Notes under the pieces: generated by a model | The model's input: only the letters and a program-made list of their open reading frames with translations | Database searches by the model: none | Told to the model about the DNA's origin: nothing | Translations under genes and position numbers: made by a program | Source: an uncultured Candidatus Saccharibacteria bacterium | GTDB taxonomy: Bacteria > Patescibacteriota > Saccharimonadia > Saccharimonadales > Saccharimonadaceae | DNA: 64,000 nt | Direction: 5' to 3' | NCBI GenBank assembly: GCA_937858705.1 | Contig: CALLZM010000002.1 | Coordinates: 2,046 to 66,045, forward strand | Shown here: in pieces, positions 49,331 through 58,388 of the stretch | Position numbering within the stretch: position 1 is the stretch's first letter | Layout of the letters: every line of letters begins with the position of its first letter

Positions 49331-50511
49331 TAGAGAATTCCTTGAGCTCGCATTTTATTTGCGCAACCTGGAAATTGCGTGAAGATACTCGACCGAGAAA
49401 GAAGATTTTGTACCGCTTGCTTTTGAGCATCAAGCGGCGCCTCATGAGGCATGCCTTGATTATATGGAGCAGGTGCTACTGTTCGCCAAGTTGATGGCAT
49501 AAATTGAAATGCTCCATAAAAACCGTTGCCAGAGTTACGAGTGGCCGTCATGCCGCTTTCACAATTACCCAAAGCTTGTATTTGTGCGTCACTTAATGGT
49601 CCGCCAGTATAGTTAAACTTCCCGCCAACCACCTCTACCTGCTTCTTCGGCTTATCAACCACTACGCTGGCAATTTCTTTTCGAGCAACTTCTTTGCCAT
49701 TTTTCATGGTAATTTTGTAGGTAACCGACCGTTTGCCATTGGCTCCAACTTCTTTCACGGCATGATAATCCGGCGATCGATCGGTATCGACAATTTTTTC
49801 AATCGGCATTTTTATTGGCTCGTCAACCGTTACCGTCTGCACGCCATTGCGCCAAATTTCAATCTTCATACCACTTGCCAATGGAGCGTCCATATCAACC
49901 GACAGATGATCATCTTTTTGCAAGGTAATATCTTTTTCTTTCAGCATATCAGCCACAGTATTCGTGTGTGTTCGAAGTATTGTCGATTTGCCGTAGAGTA
50001 CTAGGTTGAATTCAGTCGCTCGATCGATCACCATTGTCTCAAGTGCACCTTCGAGTGCGCCCGCAAATACCTGAGAAACGGTCGTACTGTCTTCATCATA
50101 CAGCTCTATACCCGCTTCTTTGGCAATTTGCTTCGGCGTCTGATACGCTGTCATAACCTTCATGCGCGATTGACCGTCGATGATGAGCATAGGGCGAGCT
50201 CGATAAATATTGACATCGTAGTTCGAAGCTACCAACTTTTCGTCGAGGCTCGGCTCGGTAATATCATTTTGTTCTAACACGATCCCGGCTTGCTCTAGTG
50301 CATCGCCAAGAGTATCGGCATCGGTATAAACACCTTTAGTTGTGCCTGCATCATGCACCGTCAGCACATGCTTACTACTCGGCTTTTCTGGACCATCAGC
50401 CGAAGCACGAAGTGATACTACGGCGAAAAAGCCGAAAACGACTAGTGTAAAAGCTGCGGTCAATATCCATAAACGATGCCGCGCTAACCGTGCATTCATC
50501 AGAAGCGACAT
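49330..50511 (-). CDS. RpfB-like protein (DUF348 repeats, G5 domain, Rpf-type transglycosylase domain)
   Basis: 393 aa with a G5-like segment ...VGANGKRSVTYKITMKNGKEV... and C-terminal NCESGMTATRNSGNGFYGAFQFMPSTW. Confidence 0.75.
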   Translation of the reverse strand: MSLLMNARLARHRLWILTAAFTLVVFGFFAVVSLRASADGPEKPSSKHVLTVHDAGTTKGVYTDADTLGDALEQAGIVLEQNDITEPSLDEKLVASNYDVNIYRARPMLIIDGQSRMKVMTAYQTPKQIAKEAGIELYDEDSTTVSQVFAGALEGALETMVIDRATEFNLVLYGKSTILRTHTNTVADMLKEKDITLQKDDHLSVDMDAPLASGMKIEIWRNGVQTVTVDEPIKMPIEKIVDTDRSPDYHAVKEVGANGKRSVTYKITMKNGKEVARKEIASVVVDKPKKQVEVVGGKFNYTGGPLSDAQIQALGNCESGMTATRNSGNGFYGAFQFMPSTWRTVAPAPYNQGMPHEAPLDAQKQAVQNLLSRSSIFTQFPGCANKMRAQGIL

Positions 50512-50568
50512 GCGCTTTTGCTTACTCCATGAGTTAACATCTGTACCAGTATAGCAAATAATGCGTCG

Positions 50569-52692
50569 TTATGCCAGTTTTTCGAGCCGTGCAAATTCAA
50601 CATTGAGCTTTTTCATCGAGCCCGAATCGAACTGCACGACCACCGCTAACCCATCGATATCAAGCACTTCACCAGCACCAAAGAGTGGAGTTTTCACTCT
50701 ATCACCTGGCGATAAGTCAAGTTCATCTGAGAAAAATTCTGTTTCTTCCTTTACGAAATGTGCCTCGGATTCTCGTTCATCGGCTGCGAACAACCCCATT
50801 TCGCTCAAAAACCGTGACGGTGCGTTGAAGCCTATCTGGCCAAACTGCGTTCGTGAATTGGCACATGATACAAAAAGTTCTTCCCTGGCCCTGGTGATAC
50901 CGACATAACAAAGCCGCCGCTCTTCTTCGATATCGTCTGGTTTACCGCCATCAAACACTCTAGCATGAGGCAGCAGTCCCTCTTCGAGGCCTACCAAAAA
51001 GACCACCGGAAACTCCAATCCTTTAGCGGCATGAAGTGTCATGAGCGTTACTTCATCGCCCGCCGTTTCGTCACTCGCAGACATCAACGACATTTCCTCT
51101 AGAAATGAATCAACGCTCGTATAGGCTCGAGCCTCCGCCACCAATACACCGAGGTTTTCCAGTCGTTCTTCAGCTTGAAGCGATCCGTCATTGATATAAT
51201 CAGCATATCCTGTTTTCTTGATAATTTCCTCAAGAAGATCTGCTGGTGAATGGTCAAGGCGCGATTGAATATCCCGAAGCGTCATACCAAGCATATTGAG
51301 CGCGTTTTTCGCCCGTGCCGGCAAGCCACTACCATCATCCACCTCCACCAAGTCTTCGATGATAGAGCGACCAGTCGTCTCGTGCCAATCAAGAAATTTT
51401 CGCAAGCTCGCCTCACCCACACCGCGTTTCGGCACGCCTACAATACGACGAAAACTCACTGCATCATATGGCTGAAACAGAAGACGGAGATACGATATAA
51501 CATCTTTGATGACCGCCCTATCGAGAAAGCGCAAGCCACCCACCAATTTATACGGAATATGATACTCCCGGAGTGCGCGCTCCAAGGCATAACTTTGTGC
51601 ATTAGTGCGATACAATATCGCGATATCTTGATACGGCCGACTCGCAAGTGCTTGTTCGGAAATTTCATTTGCTATGCGATGCGCCTCTTCGGCCTCGCTA
51701 TATACTTGCCAGAAAACAGGCTCTCTGCCACCCTTTTCAGCTGTCCAAAGGTTTTTATCTGTACGATGCACATTGTGCTCAATGAGATTATTTGCGAGTG
51801 CCAAGATAGCATCAGTTGAACGATAATTTTGCTCTAGTTTCACGACTGTCGCACCAGGAAAGTCCCGTTCAAAATGTAAGATATTTGTGTAGTCAGCACC
51901 ACGAAAACTATAAATCGACTGTGCATCATCGCCCACCACACAAATATTTCGCTCTTCACCAAGAAGCAATGTTATTAGCCTATATTGCACTGCGTTCGTA
52001 TCTTGATATTCATCGATGAGAATATGTTTGAACTGCTGTCGCCATTTATTACGAATAGCTGTATCTTGTTGGAGTAATTCGACTGTTTTTACCAGCAAAT
52101 CATCAAAATCAAGACCATTCGCTGCTTTTAATTGTTTTTCATATTCAGCAAATAGCTCGGCAACTTTCTGGTCGATTGGCCCTCGCGCCGCCACTGCAAA
52201 ATCTTCAGCAGTTTGCAGGCTATTTTTTGCCTTCGATATCTTTGCAGCGACACTTCTGGGCTTCAAATCACGATCAGTCAGCCCCTGTCGCTTCATGGCT
52301 TGGCGAATGGTACTCAGCCTGTCATCCTCGTCATAAATAACAAAATTTGATGGAATACCGATAGCAACGCCGTCATATCGCAACAACTTTACGCAAATAC
52401 TATGGAAAGTCCCCATCCATGGCATGAACGACCTAGGAGGATTGTCGTCCGCAGTAGGCACATCACCAATCAATTTCCACAGCCGCTCACGCATTTCTTT
52501 AGCAGCCTTATTCGTAAATGTAACCGCCAAAATATGACTAGGAAAAACACCTTGCTCACGCACAAGATAGGCAATTCGATAGGTCAAAGTCTTTGTTTTA
52601 CCGCTCCCTGCACCTGCCAAAATGAGCAATGGGCCAGAAAGCACCCCTAGCGCAGATAATTGCGCCTCATTTAATTCACCCTCAATATTCAT
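50569..52692 (-). CDS. pcrA: ATP-dependent DNA helicase PcrA/UvrD
   Basis: 707 aa, AGAGSGKTKTLTYRIAYL, ILIDEYQDTN, TLHAAKGLEFPVVF, YVGITRA. Confidence 0.9.
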   Translation of the reverse strand: MNIEGELNEAQLSALGVLSGPLLILAGAGSGKTKTLTYRIAYLVREQGVFPSHILAVTFTNKAAKEMRERLWKLIGDVPTADDNPPRSFMPWMGTFHSICVKLLRYDGVAIGIPSNFVIYDEDDRLSTIRQAMKRQGLTDRDLKPRSVAAKISKAKNSLQTAEDFAVAARGPIDQKVAELFAEYEKQLKAANGLDFDDLLVKTVELLQQDTAIRNKWRQQFKHILIDEYQDTNAVQYRLITLLLGEERNICVVGDDAQSIYSFRGADYTNILHFERDFPGATVVKLEQNYRSTDAILALANNLIEHNVHRTDKNLWTAEKGGREPVFWQVYSEAEEAHRIANEISEQALASRPYQDIAILYRTNAQSYALERALREYHIPYKLVGGLRFLDRAVIKDVISYLRLLFQPYDAVSFRRIVGVPKRGVGEASLRKFLDWHETTGRSIIEDLVEVDDGSGLPARAKNALNMLGMTLRDIQSRLDHSPADLLEEIIKKTGYADYINDGSLQAEERLENLGVLVAEARAYTSVDSFLEEMSLMSASDETAGDEVTLMTLHAAKGLEFPVVFLVGLEEGLLPHARVFDGGKPDDIEEERRLCYVGITRAREELFVSCANSRTQFGQIGFNAPSRFLSEMGLFAADERESEAHFVKEETEFFSDELDLSPGDRVKTPLFGAGEVLDIDGLAVVVQFDSGSMKKLNVEFARLEKLA

Positions 52693-52715
52693 TCCTCTTA
52701 GTGTAGCATGAGCAA

Positions 52716-53687
52716 CTAATTCATGCCATTCGTGAGGATAAACACCCCTATACCGGCGCCTACGCTCACCATTGCAAGCCCAACAATCCCAAGGGCAATC
52801 AACCAGCCGTTTTTCTTTTTCGGCTTGGCGATGATTGGTGGCTCTATATCGAAAACTGAAGCATGTTCTGCCGTTTCGGTCACGCTAACTTGATACTGCT
52901 GTTTGATAGCAACAGGTTGAGGCGATGGAGGAACGGGGGAAGCAGTAGACTCAATAGCGGCATTATCTGAAGAGGCTTCTTCAATCGACGCCACTACTGA
53001 TGACTGTTCGATAGCACTATCTGGCTGCTCAGATTGGACAATAGCTTCTTGTTGAGGCGCAACAATTTCTTGCGAAACAGGTTCAGCCATATGAGGTGTG
53101 TTCGATTCAATATTCAAGAGGTCGCTCTGCAATTCTGCTGGTAATGGCACCTCAAACGAATCTTTTTTCTCTTCGGCGGTAGGACTGGGTTCATTCGCTG
53201 GAATTCTATCGATGTTCGTCACAGTTGGCACAGCCTCTTCTTCGGCCTGATCGCTACTTGGTAGAGGTTCAATCACCGGCAATCCCAATGGTCGTTTTTC
53301 TACTTTTGCATCTGGCAAGAAAGGTGATGCGCCCAAATCACTACCAGTAAGCGCGTCTGTTGTATTATCTACATCGGAATTGCCTACCGTTGATTGTTCG
53401 GGTGAGGGAGAGATGATTGAAGTAGCAGTTGGACGGGGAGGAACAACACCAGTTGTTTTCTTGGGATAATTTGCAGTAGGTTTCATGTCCATAAACTGAC
53501 CTCGTCTTCGAGATACAATAGAAGAAGACCGAGCATCAGCAGCTTGGGTTGTCGCCGGATTTAATTCCGAAGAGAATCGAAGCGAATTGCCAGTTCGTTG
53601 CGGTACGGACACAGGCTGAGGGGCGCTACTTCCAGTCATTACTGAGTTCACCGCTCGATCCAGTTCATCAAAGTCCAATTCTGTCAT
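52716..53687 (-). CDS. hypothetical Pro/Ser/Thr-rich protein with C-terminal TM anchor
   Basis: Start at MTELDFDELDRAV follows SD AAAAGGGGGGAT. The longest ORF (to 53786) would overlap tpiA. C-terminal TM is WLIALGIVGLAMVSVGAGIGVFIL. Confidence 0.55.
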   Translation of the reverse strand: MTELDFDELDRAVNSVMTGSSAPQPVSVPQRTGNSLRFSSELNPATTQAADARSSSIVSRRRGQFMDMKPTANYPKKTTGVVPPRPTATSIISPSPEQSTVGNSDVDNTTDALTGSDLGASPFLPDAKVEKRPLGLPVIEPLPSSDQAEEEAVPTVTNIDRIPANEPSPTAEEKKDSFEVPLPAELQSDLLNIESNTPHMAEPVSQEIVAPQQEAIVQSEQPDSAIEQSSVVASIEEASSDNAAIESTASPVPPSPQPVAIKQQYQVSVTETAEHASVFDIEPPIIAKPKKKNGWLIALGIVGLAMVSVGAGIGVFILTNGMN

Positions 53688-53700
53688 ATCCCCCCTTTTA

Positions 53701-54474
53701 TTATTCTCTGTTTTTGCCATGAGCAACGCGAGCAATCTCTGAAAAATCAACCGATTTGAGACTTGCACCACCAACCAGTAGCCCATTTATATCTTTCTTC
53801 TCTAGATAACTCTTGGCATTATCCTTCGAAACACTACCGCCATACAACACTGGTATATTTTTAGCTATCGTAGTACCAAACAGATGTTTTATTTGATCAC
53901 GGATAATTTTCACGGCCCGTAAAGCATCTTCTGGAGTTGCATTTTTACCTGTGCCGATAGCCCATACTGGTTCATATGCGATAATCACTCGCTCCATATC
54001 TTCGCTCGTCATATTGGCAAGACCAGCCACTAGCTGATCATGAATAACATCTGCCGTTTCGTCCAGGCTTCTTTCGCTTGCAGTTTCGCCAACACACAGC
54101 ACCGGACATAGCTCGTTTCGGATAGCAGATTGCATTTTTCTGCCGATATCTCGACCCTGTTCGCCGAAAATATATCGTCGCTCAGAGTGTCCAACAAGAA
54201 CATACTTTACGAGCCCTCGTAATTGCGTAGCTGAGATCTCACCCGTATATGCACCTTCATCTCGCCAATAAAAATTCTGTGCGCCCAGCTTGAATTTGCG
54301 ACGATTGAGCTGTAAAGATATCGGCTGTAATGCTAGTACACCAGGAAAAAGTGCTATCTCGACATCATTATGTGCTTCAATCGCGGCTTCAAGCCGATGT
54401 ACTAGCAAACTGGCCTCACCAACCGTAAGGTTCATTTTCCAGTTACCAAAAATATATTTCTTATCTATCGCCAT
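53701..54474 (-). CDS. tpiA: triosephosphate isomerase
   Basis: 257 aa, IFGNWKMN, VLVGHSERR, AYEPVWAIGTG, YGGSV. Confidence 0.95.
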   Translation of the reverse strand: MAIDKKYIFGNWKMNLTVGEASLLVHRLEAAIEAHNDVEIALFPGVLALQPISLQLNRRKFKLGAQNFYWRDEGAYTGEISATQLRGLVKYVLVGHSERRYIFGEQGRDIGRKMQSAIRNELCPVLCVGETASERSLDETADVIHDQLVAGLANMTSEDMERVIIAYEPVWAIGTGKNATPEDALRAVKIIRDQIKHLFGTTIAKNIPVLYGGSVSKDNAKSYLEKKDINGLLVGGASLKSVDFSEIARVAHGKNRE

Positions 54475-54505
54475 ACTGTTTATGATTAGTGTACGCTATT
54501 TTTTG

Positions 54506-55735
54506 CTAAGCGTCTAGTAGTGCCTCGATTCCCGGCAGATTACGACCTGCCATCAGCTCTAAACTTGCGCCCCCACCAGTCGAAACATGCGTAAAGCTTT
54601 CACCTTGTTTGGCGTCCCAGTTGATCACAAAATCTGCCGTGTCGCCACCACCAATGATAGAGGTTTTTTCGGGGTGCATCGCCAATTCAAGCGCTGCTCG
54701 AGCCGAGCCATGAGCAAATGGTTCGTATTCTGCCATACCCATGGTACCATTCCAGATGATTGTTTGTGCTCTATTGATCGCCTTCGCCATTCGCTCAATT
54801 GATTGATCGCCAATGTCGAGCGCTGCCGTATCTTCAGGTACTTGATCGACAGCTACCATTCGACGATACTTGCGTACAGACGGGTCATCTACCGCCAAAT
54901 CAGTCGGCAAAACTAAGAAACTTTCTTGCATATCCTCACCCGCTTTTTCACGAACCTTATGCCAAATACGATCGATCACCTCGGATTGATCGGTCTCAAC
55001 CTTACTTTTGCCAAGTGAGTAGCCCTTATTCGCCAAAAAAGTATTTGCCATGGCACCGCCAATGACTATCTGGTCGGCAACTTTTGCCAATGATTCGATG
55101 ACTTCTATTTTGTCGCTGACTTTTGCGCCGCCAAGAAGCGCCAAAAACGGTCGCCTTGGTGCATGCATAGCATTGGTTATTTCTACGAACTCTCGTTCAA
55201 GCAGTAGCCCAGCAACACTTGGCAGAAAGTGCGTGATAGCGTCGGTACTGGCGTGCGCTCGATGAACCACGCCAAACCCATCTTGAATGAAATACTGAGC
55301 CAGTGAATCAGTTGCTATTTTGTTCGCAAAAGCACTATCATTAGCCTCTTCTTCAGCATGAAATCGTAGATTTTCTAGTAGAATAACGCTTTTTTCTTTT
55401 GCGTTACGGACTGCTTGGCTCACTTTCGGACCGATACAATCATCGACGAATTCAACCTTGTGGCCAAGTAACTCAGCTAGTCGCTTCGCTACTGGCGTTA
55501 GAGAAAACTCAGTCGTCGGTGCACCATCAGGCCGCCCCAAATGACTCATAATGACCACTTTGCAATCGTGCTCTAGCAGATACTTGATAGTCGGCACGCT
55601 AGCACGAATACGAAAATCATCAGCAATACTACCGTCTTCTTTAAGCGGCACATTATAATCTGCTCGCACTAAAACAGTCTTGTGCTCTAATGGAGTAGTA
55701 CGAACTGTTCGTTTTTGAAAACCCACCCGGCTCAT
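54506..55735 (-). CDS. pgk: phosphoglycerate kinase
   Basis: 409 aa, VLVRADYNVP, SHLGRP, GGAKVSDKI, STGGGASLE. Confidence 0.95.
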   Translation of the reverse strand: MSRVGFQKRTVRTTPLEHKTVLVRADYNVPLKEDGSIADDFRIRASVPTIKYLLEHDCKVVIMSHLGRPDGAPTTEFSLTPVAKRLAELLGHKVEFVDDCIGPKVSQAVRNAKEKSVILLENLRFHAEEEANDSAFANKIATDSLAQYFIQDGFGVVHRAHASTDAITHFLPSVAGLLLEREFVEITNAMHAPRRPFLALLGGAKVSDKIEVIESLAKVADQIVIGGAMANTFLANKGYSLGKSKVETDQSEVIDRIWHKVREKAGEDMQESFLVLPTDLAVDDPSVRKYRRMVAVDQVPEDTAALDIGDQSIERMAKAINRAQTIIWNGTMGMAEYEPFAHGSARAALELAMHPEKTSIIGGGDTADFVINWDAKQGESFTHVSTGGGASLELMAGRNLPGIEALLDA

Positions 55736-55745
55736 ATGTCCTCCG

Positions 55746-57167
55746 CTAGAAAACCCTTACCTGGATATCGTTAGTCGTACCTGGCTCACCAGGTGTATAG
55801 CCACTCACCAATACGACAGAAAACGGACTCTCACCAAAATATCCTTCATCTTTCAGCTCTTGTGCTAGTTTACCGGCAGCCTCAGAGTCACTTGGGCGAA
55901 CATAGGTACGATTAGCGTAGCAAAGAGCAAGTTTTTGCGCTGTTTTCTGATGATCAGTCACGCTAATGATCGGTAAGTTTGGACGAAATGCGGCGATATT
56001 GACAGCTGTCGCGCCGCTACTCGTCTCGGCAATGATAGCAGCTGCATATATATCTCGAGCTAAATTGGTAGCTGCATAACTAATAGCTGCGTCTTTTTTA
56101 TGACGGACTTCGTCTTTATTTACCATCATCACTTCACTATGATCTTGTGTATAAATGATCGTTTTTCGCATAGCTTTGACTGTCTCAACAGGATACTTAC
56201 CGTTTGCCGTTTCATCAGAAAGCATAACAACATCAGCGCCCTGAATAACTGCATTCGCAACATCACTCACCTCTGCTCGAGATGGTTCAGGGTGGTCAAC
56301 CATGCTACCCATCATTTGAGTAGCAACAATACATAGCTTACCGTGTTTGCGACAAAGGGCAATGATTCGGCGCTGCACAACTGGCACAATCTCCGCGCCA
56401 GCTTCAACCGCGAGGTCACCTCGTGCTACCATAACGCCATCGCTTACCTTGATGATTTCTTCGAGATTTTCATCGCTTATAGCCGATTTTGTCTCAATCT
56501 TCGGAATAACATACGCATCTGAACCCAGTGCTACAAGGCGAGATCGAAGGTCGGTAATATCAGCAGCGGTTTGTACAAAACTCAGTGCTACGAAGTCAAA
56601 ATCTTGACCAGCACCCCATTCGAGGTCTTCTATGTCTTTTGGCGTCAAAATATCACCACCAAAATCGGTATCTGGCAAGTTCAAGCCCTTGCGGCTCATC
56701 AAAAAGCCATCATTTTGGACTTCTACTTTTATGGCCGTCTCGCTCGCAATCTCTTTTACAATAGAGTGAACCTTGCCATCAAACATATATAGCGGCTCAC
56801 CGACTTTCATTTTCTCGGCGAGATTGTACTGCACTGGCAGCTCAAAACCACCATCGTGCTCCTCAATACTCGAGTCGAGCGTCAATACATCGCCTGGCTT
56901 TACGGTAAGCATATTATCTTTCAATATACCAAGACGAATCTTTGGCCCCTGGAGGTCCTGGAGGATAGCCACTGGTTTACCATATTGTTTGCTCGCATCA
57001 CGAATCCAGCCGATCTGTTCAAGACGGTCTGGTGCGGCACCATGACTAAAGTTGATACGGAAGCCGTTTGCGCCTGCAGCCATAAGCCCGGCAATTTTTT
57101 CAGCACTGTGGGTGGCAGGTCCAACAGTTGCCAATATCTTGGTTCGTTTAAATATAGTTTTGCTCAT
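55746..57167 (-). CDS. pyk: pyruvate kinase
   Basis: 473 aa, TKILATVGPA, FRINFSHG, MVARGDL, ATQMMGSM. Confidence 0.95.
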   Translation of the reverse strand: MSKTIFKRTKILATVGPATHSAEKIAGLMAAGANGFRINFSHGAAPDRLEQIGWIRDASKQYGKPVAILQDLQGPKIRLGILKDNMLTVKPGDVLTLDSSIEEHDGGFELPVQYNLAEKMKVGEPLYMFDGKVHSIVKEIASETAIKVEVQNDGFLMSRKGLNLPDTDFGGDILTPKDIEDLEWGAGQDFDFVALSFVQTAADITDLRSRLVALGSDAYVIPKIETKSAISDENLEEIIKVSDGVMVARGDLAVEAGAEIVPVVQRRIIALCRKHGKLCIVATQMMGSMVDHPEPSRAEVSDVANAVIQGADVVMLSDETANGKYPVETVKAMRKTIIYTQDHSEVMMVNKDEVRHKKDAAISYAATNLARDIYAAAIIAETSSGATAVNIAAFRPNLPIISVTDHQKTAQKLALCYANRTYVRPSDSEAAGKLAQELKDEGYFGESPFSVVLVSGYTPGEPGTTNDIQVRVF

Positions 57168-57176
57168 ACTTAACTC

Positions 57177-57206
57177 ATTGTAGCACTATTTAGAGATCGT
57201 GGTCAA
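57177..57206 (-). promoter_or_regulatory. candidate pyk promoter TTGACC-18-TACAAT, -10 only 9 nt from the ATG
   Basis: -10 is the reverse complement of 57177-57182 and -35 that of 57201-57206. Confidence 0.45.
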
Positions 57207-57222
57207 AATTGTAAGGACTAGT

Positions 57223-57274
57223 CAAAAACCACCACTGAAAACACCCCAGATACACTGGGGCGCTTTCACTGGTG
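57223..57274 (-). terminator. strong intrinsic terminator-like hairpin plus U-run upstream of the pyk promoter
   Basis: Minus sense: CACCAGTGAAA-gcg-CCCCA-gtgtatc-TGGGG-tgt-TTTCAGTGGTG followed by GTTTTTG. Confidence 0.6.
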
Positions 57275-57384
57275 TGATTTTACGCCGAAGCCCGAACCGA
57301 TTTTGCGGACGAGTGAGTGAAAAGCAAAGCTTGCCTTGGCTTTTCCGAGCGAGGGGCTAAAATATTCCATATTTTGGGCAAAAT

Positions 57385-57407
57385 GGCTGAGCCGTGCGGG
57401 CTCAGCC
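57385..57407. other. perfect 9-bp hairpin GGCTGAGCC-N5-GGCTCAGCC
   Basis: Read directly. On the minus strand it is followed by ATTTTG. Confidence 0.6.
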
Positions 57408-57462
57408 CCAGCGCCTGCGCTTTAGCGACCTGGCGTTAGAATTTGCACGAAACTAGCTGATA

Positions 57463-57996
57463 TTGCATACTAGGATAGTGAAGTTTGAATACGATAGACA
57501 CGAGATAGAACGAGCTTTATTCTTCCTGTCGAATGCTTTGCAAAGCTCTGGACATAATACTAAACCAGTACTGCTTCATTCGATTCAAGTTGCAGAGATG
57601 CTCTGGGATAGAGGTTACTCGCAAGATGCGGTGATTGCCGCAATTCTTCATGATGTCGTTGAAGATACGGATATCACTATCGATGATATCGAGCAAAGCT
57701 TTGGAAATCAGGCTGCATTGTATGTCGATGTCCTCACTGTTTCGGATGCTCAGGACATCACTCAGTCTTTTGCCCATACGGTTGAGCTCGGTGATGAGGC
57801 GTTGGCAATCCGCGCGGCAGACCTCATCCAAAATAGTTACTATTATCACTTAGCCTCAACTGGCATGCAAAAGCAAATACGAGATAAGTTCGTATACTTC
57901 ATGGAACTATCAAGTGAGCTACTGGATGAATCTCTAGCAAGTGAACTTAGCAAAGCCTATAAGCAAAATGTTGAGACCCTATCGCCTAGAATATAG
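57463..57996 (+). CDS. HD-domain phosphohydrolase, RelA/SpoT-hydrolase-like (small alarmone hydrolase-like)
   Basis: 177 aa, LLHSIQVAEML...VIAAILHDVVEDTDITIDDIEQSFG. The start codon is uncertain (TTG at 57463 or GTG at 57478). Confidence 0.7.
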   Translation: MHTRIVKFEYDRHEIERALFFLSNALQSSGHNTKPVLLHSIQVAEMLWDRGYSQDAVIAAILHDVVEDTDITIDDIEQSFGNQAALYVDVLTVSDAQDITQSFAHTVELGDEALAIRAADLIQNSYYYHLASTGMQKQIRDKFVYFMELSSELLDESLASELSKAYKQNVETLSPRI

Positions 57997-58108
57997 AACA
58001 CCAAATTATATACCAAAAACTAGTATTTCCGGTGGGGATAATTTATGACCTCGCTACTAACAAGTTTGGAACGCCTGAATTATGCTCACTTTACACCTTA
58101 GCGAACAT

Positions 58109-58139
58109 CAAAAAAGACCCATCAAAGGCTGATGAGTCT
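58109..58139 (-). terminator. intrinsic terminator downstream of tRNA-Glu
   Basis: Minus sense: AGACTCATCA-gcctt-TGATGGGTCT followed by TTTTTTG. Confidence 0.65.
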
Positions 58140-58143
58140 CTTA

Positions 58144-58218
58144 TGGTGACCTTACCGGGAATCGAACCCGGATTGCAAGGATGAGAACCTTGTGTCCTAA
58201 CCGTTAGACGATAAGGCC
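58144..58218 (-). tRNA. tRNA-Glu (anticodon CUC)
   Basis: 75-nt cloverleaf folded by hand: acceptor GGCCTTA/TAAGGTC, D arm GTCT-AACGGTTA-GGAC, anticodon arm CAAGG-TTCTCAT-CCTTG, T arm CCGGG-TTCGATT-CCCGG, and encoded CCA. Confidence 0.9.
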
Positions 58219-58324
58219 ATAGAATCTTCTCTGGTACATTATAAATAATCGACCAAATATAGTCAATAACCCCTAGGAATACACCAAATTAGTTGTGCTT
58301 AGTTGCATTTTGTTGTAAAAAGTG

Positions 58325-58353
58325 TTGACATTTTATATTTTGTGTGATATTAT
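58325..58353 (+). promoter_or_regulatory. promoter TTGACA-17-TATTAT for the LPXTG surface protein gene
   Basis: Hand-counted. Followed by SD GAGGAGGAG and the ATG at 58389. Confidence 0.6.
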
Positions 58354-58388
58354 GGGTAGTGAACAATCAATTGAGGAGGAGAGTTCAC

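Noticed and set aside
57300-57350. SRP (4.5S) RNA, suggested by a 10-nt match AGCCAAGGCA and a GGAA loop candidate
   Set aside because: I could not build the conserved helix 8 symmetric/asymmetric loop pairing or the GGUCC/GGAAGCAGC context around it. The match is probably fortuitous.
57219-57410. tmRNA, suggested by a GGGGCUGA-like 5' start on the minus strand and CCACCA on the plus strand
   Set aside because: The two elements are on opposite strands and in the wrong order. There is no tag ORF or T-arm-like 3' end.
58344-58388. ORF-track start at 58344 for the LPXTG protein
   Set aside because: That start lies inside the predicted -10 region. The ATG at 58389 has a GAGGAGGAG SD and begins a proper signal peptide.
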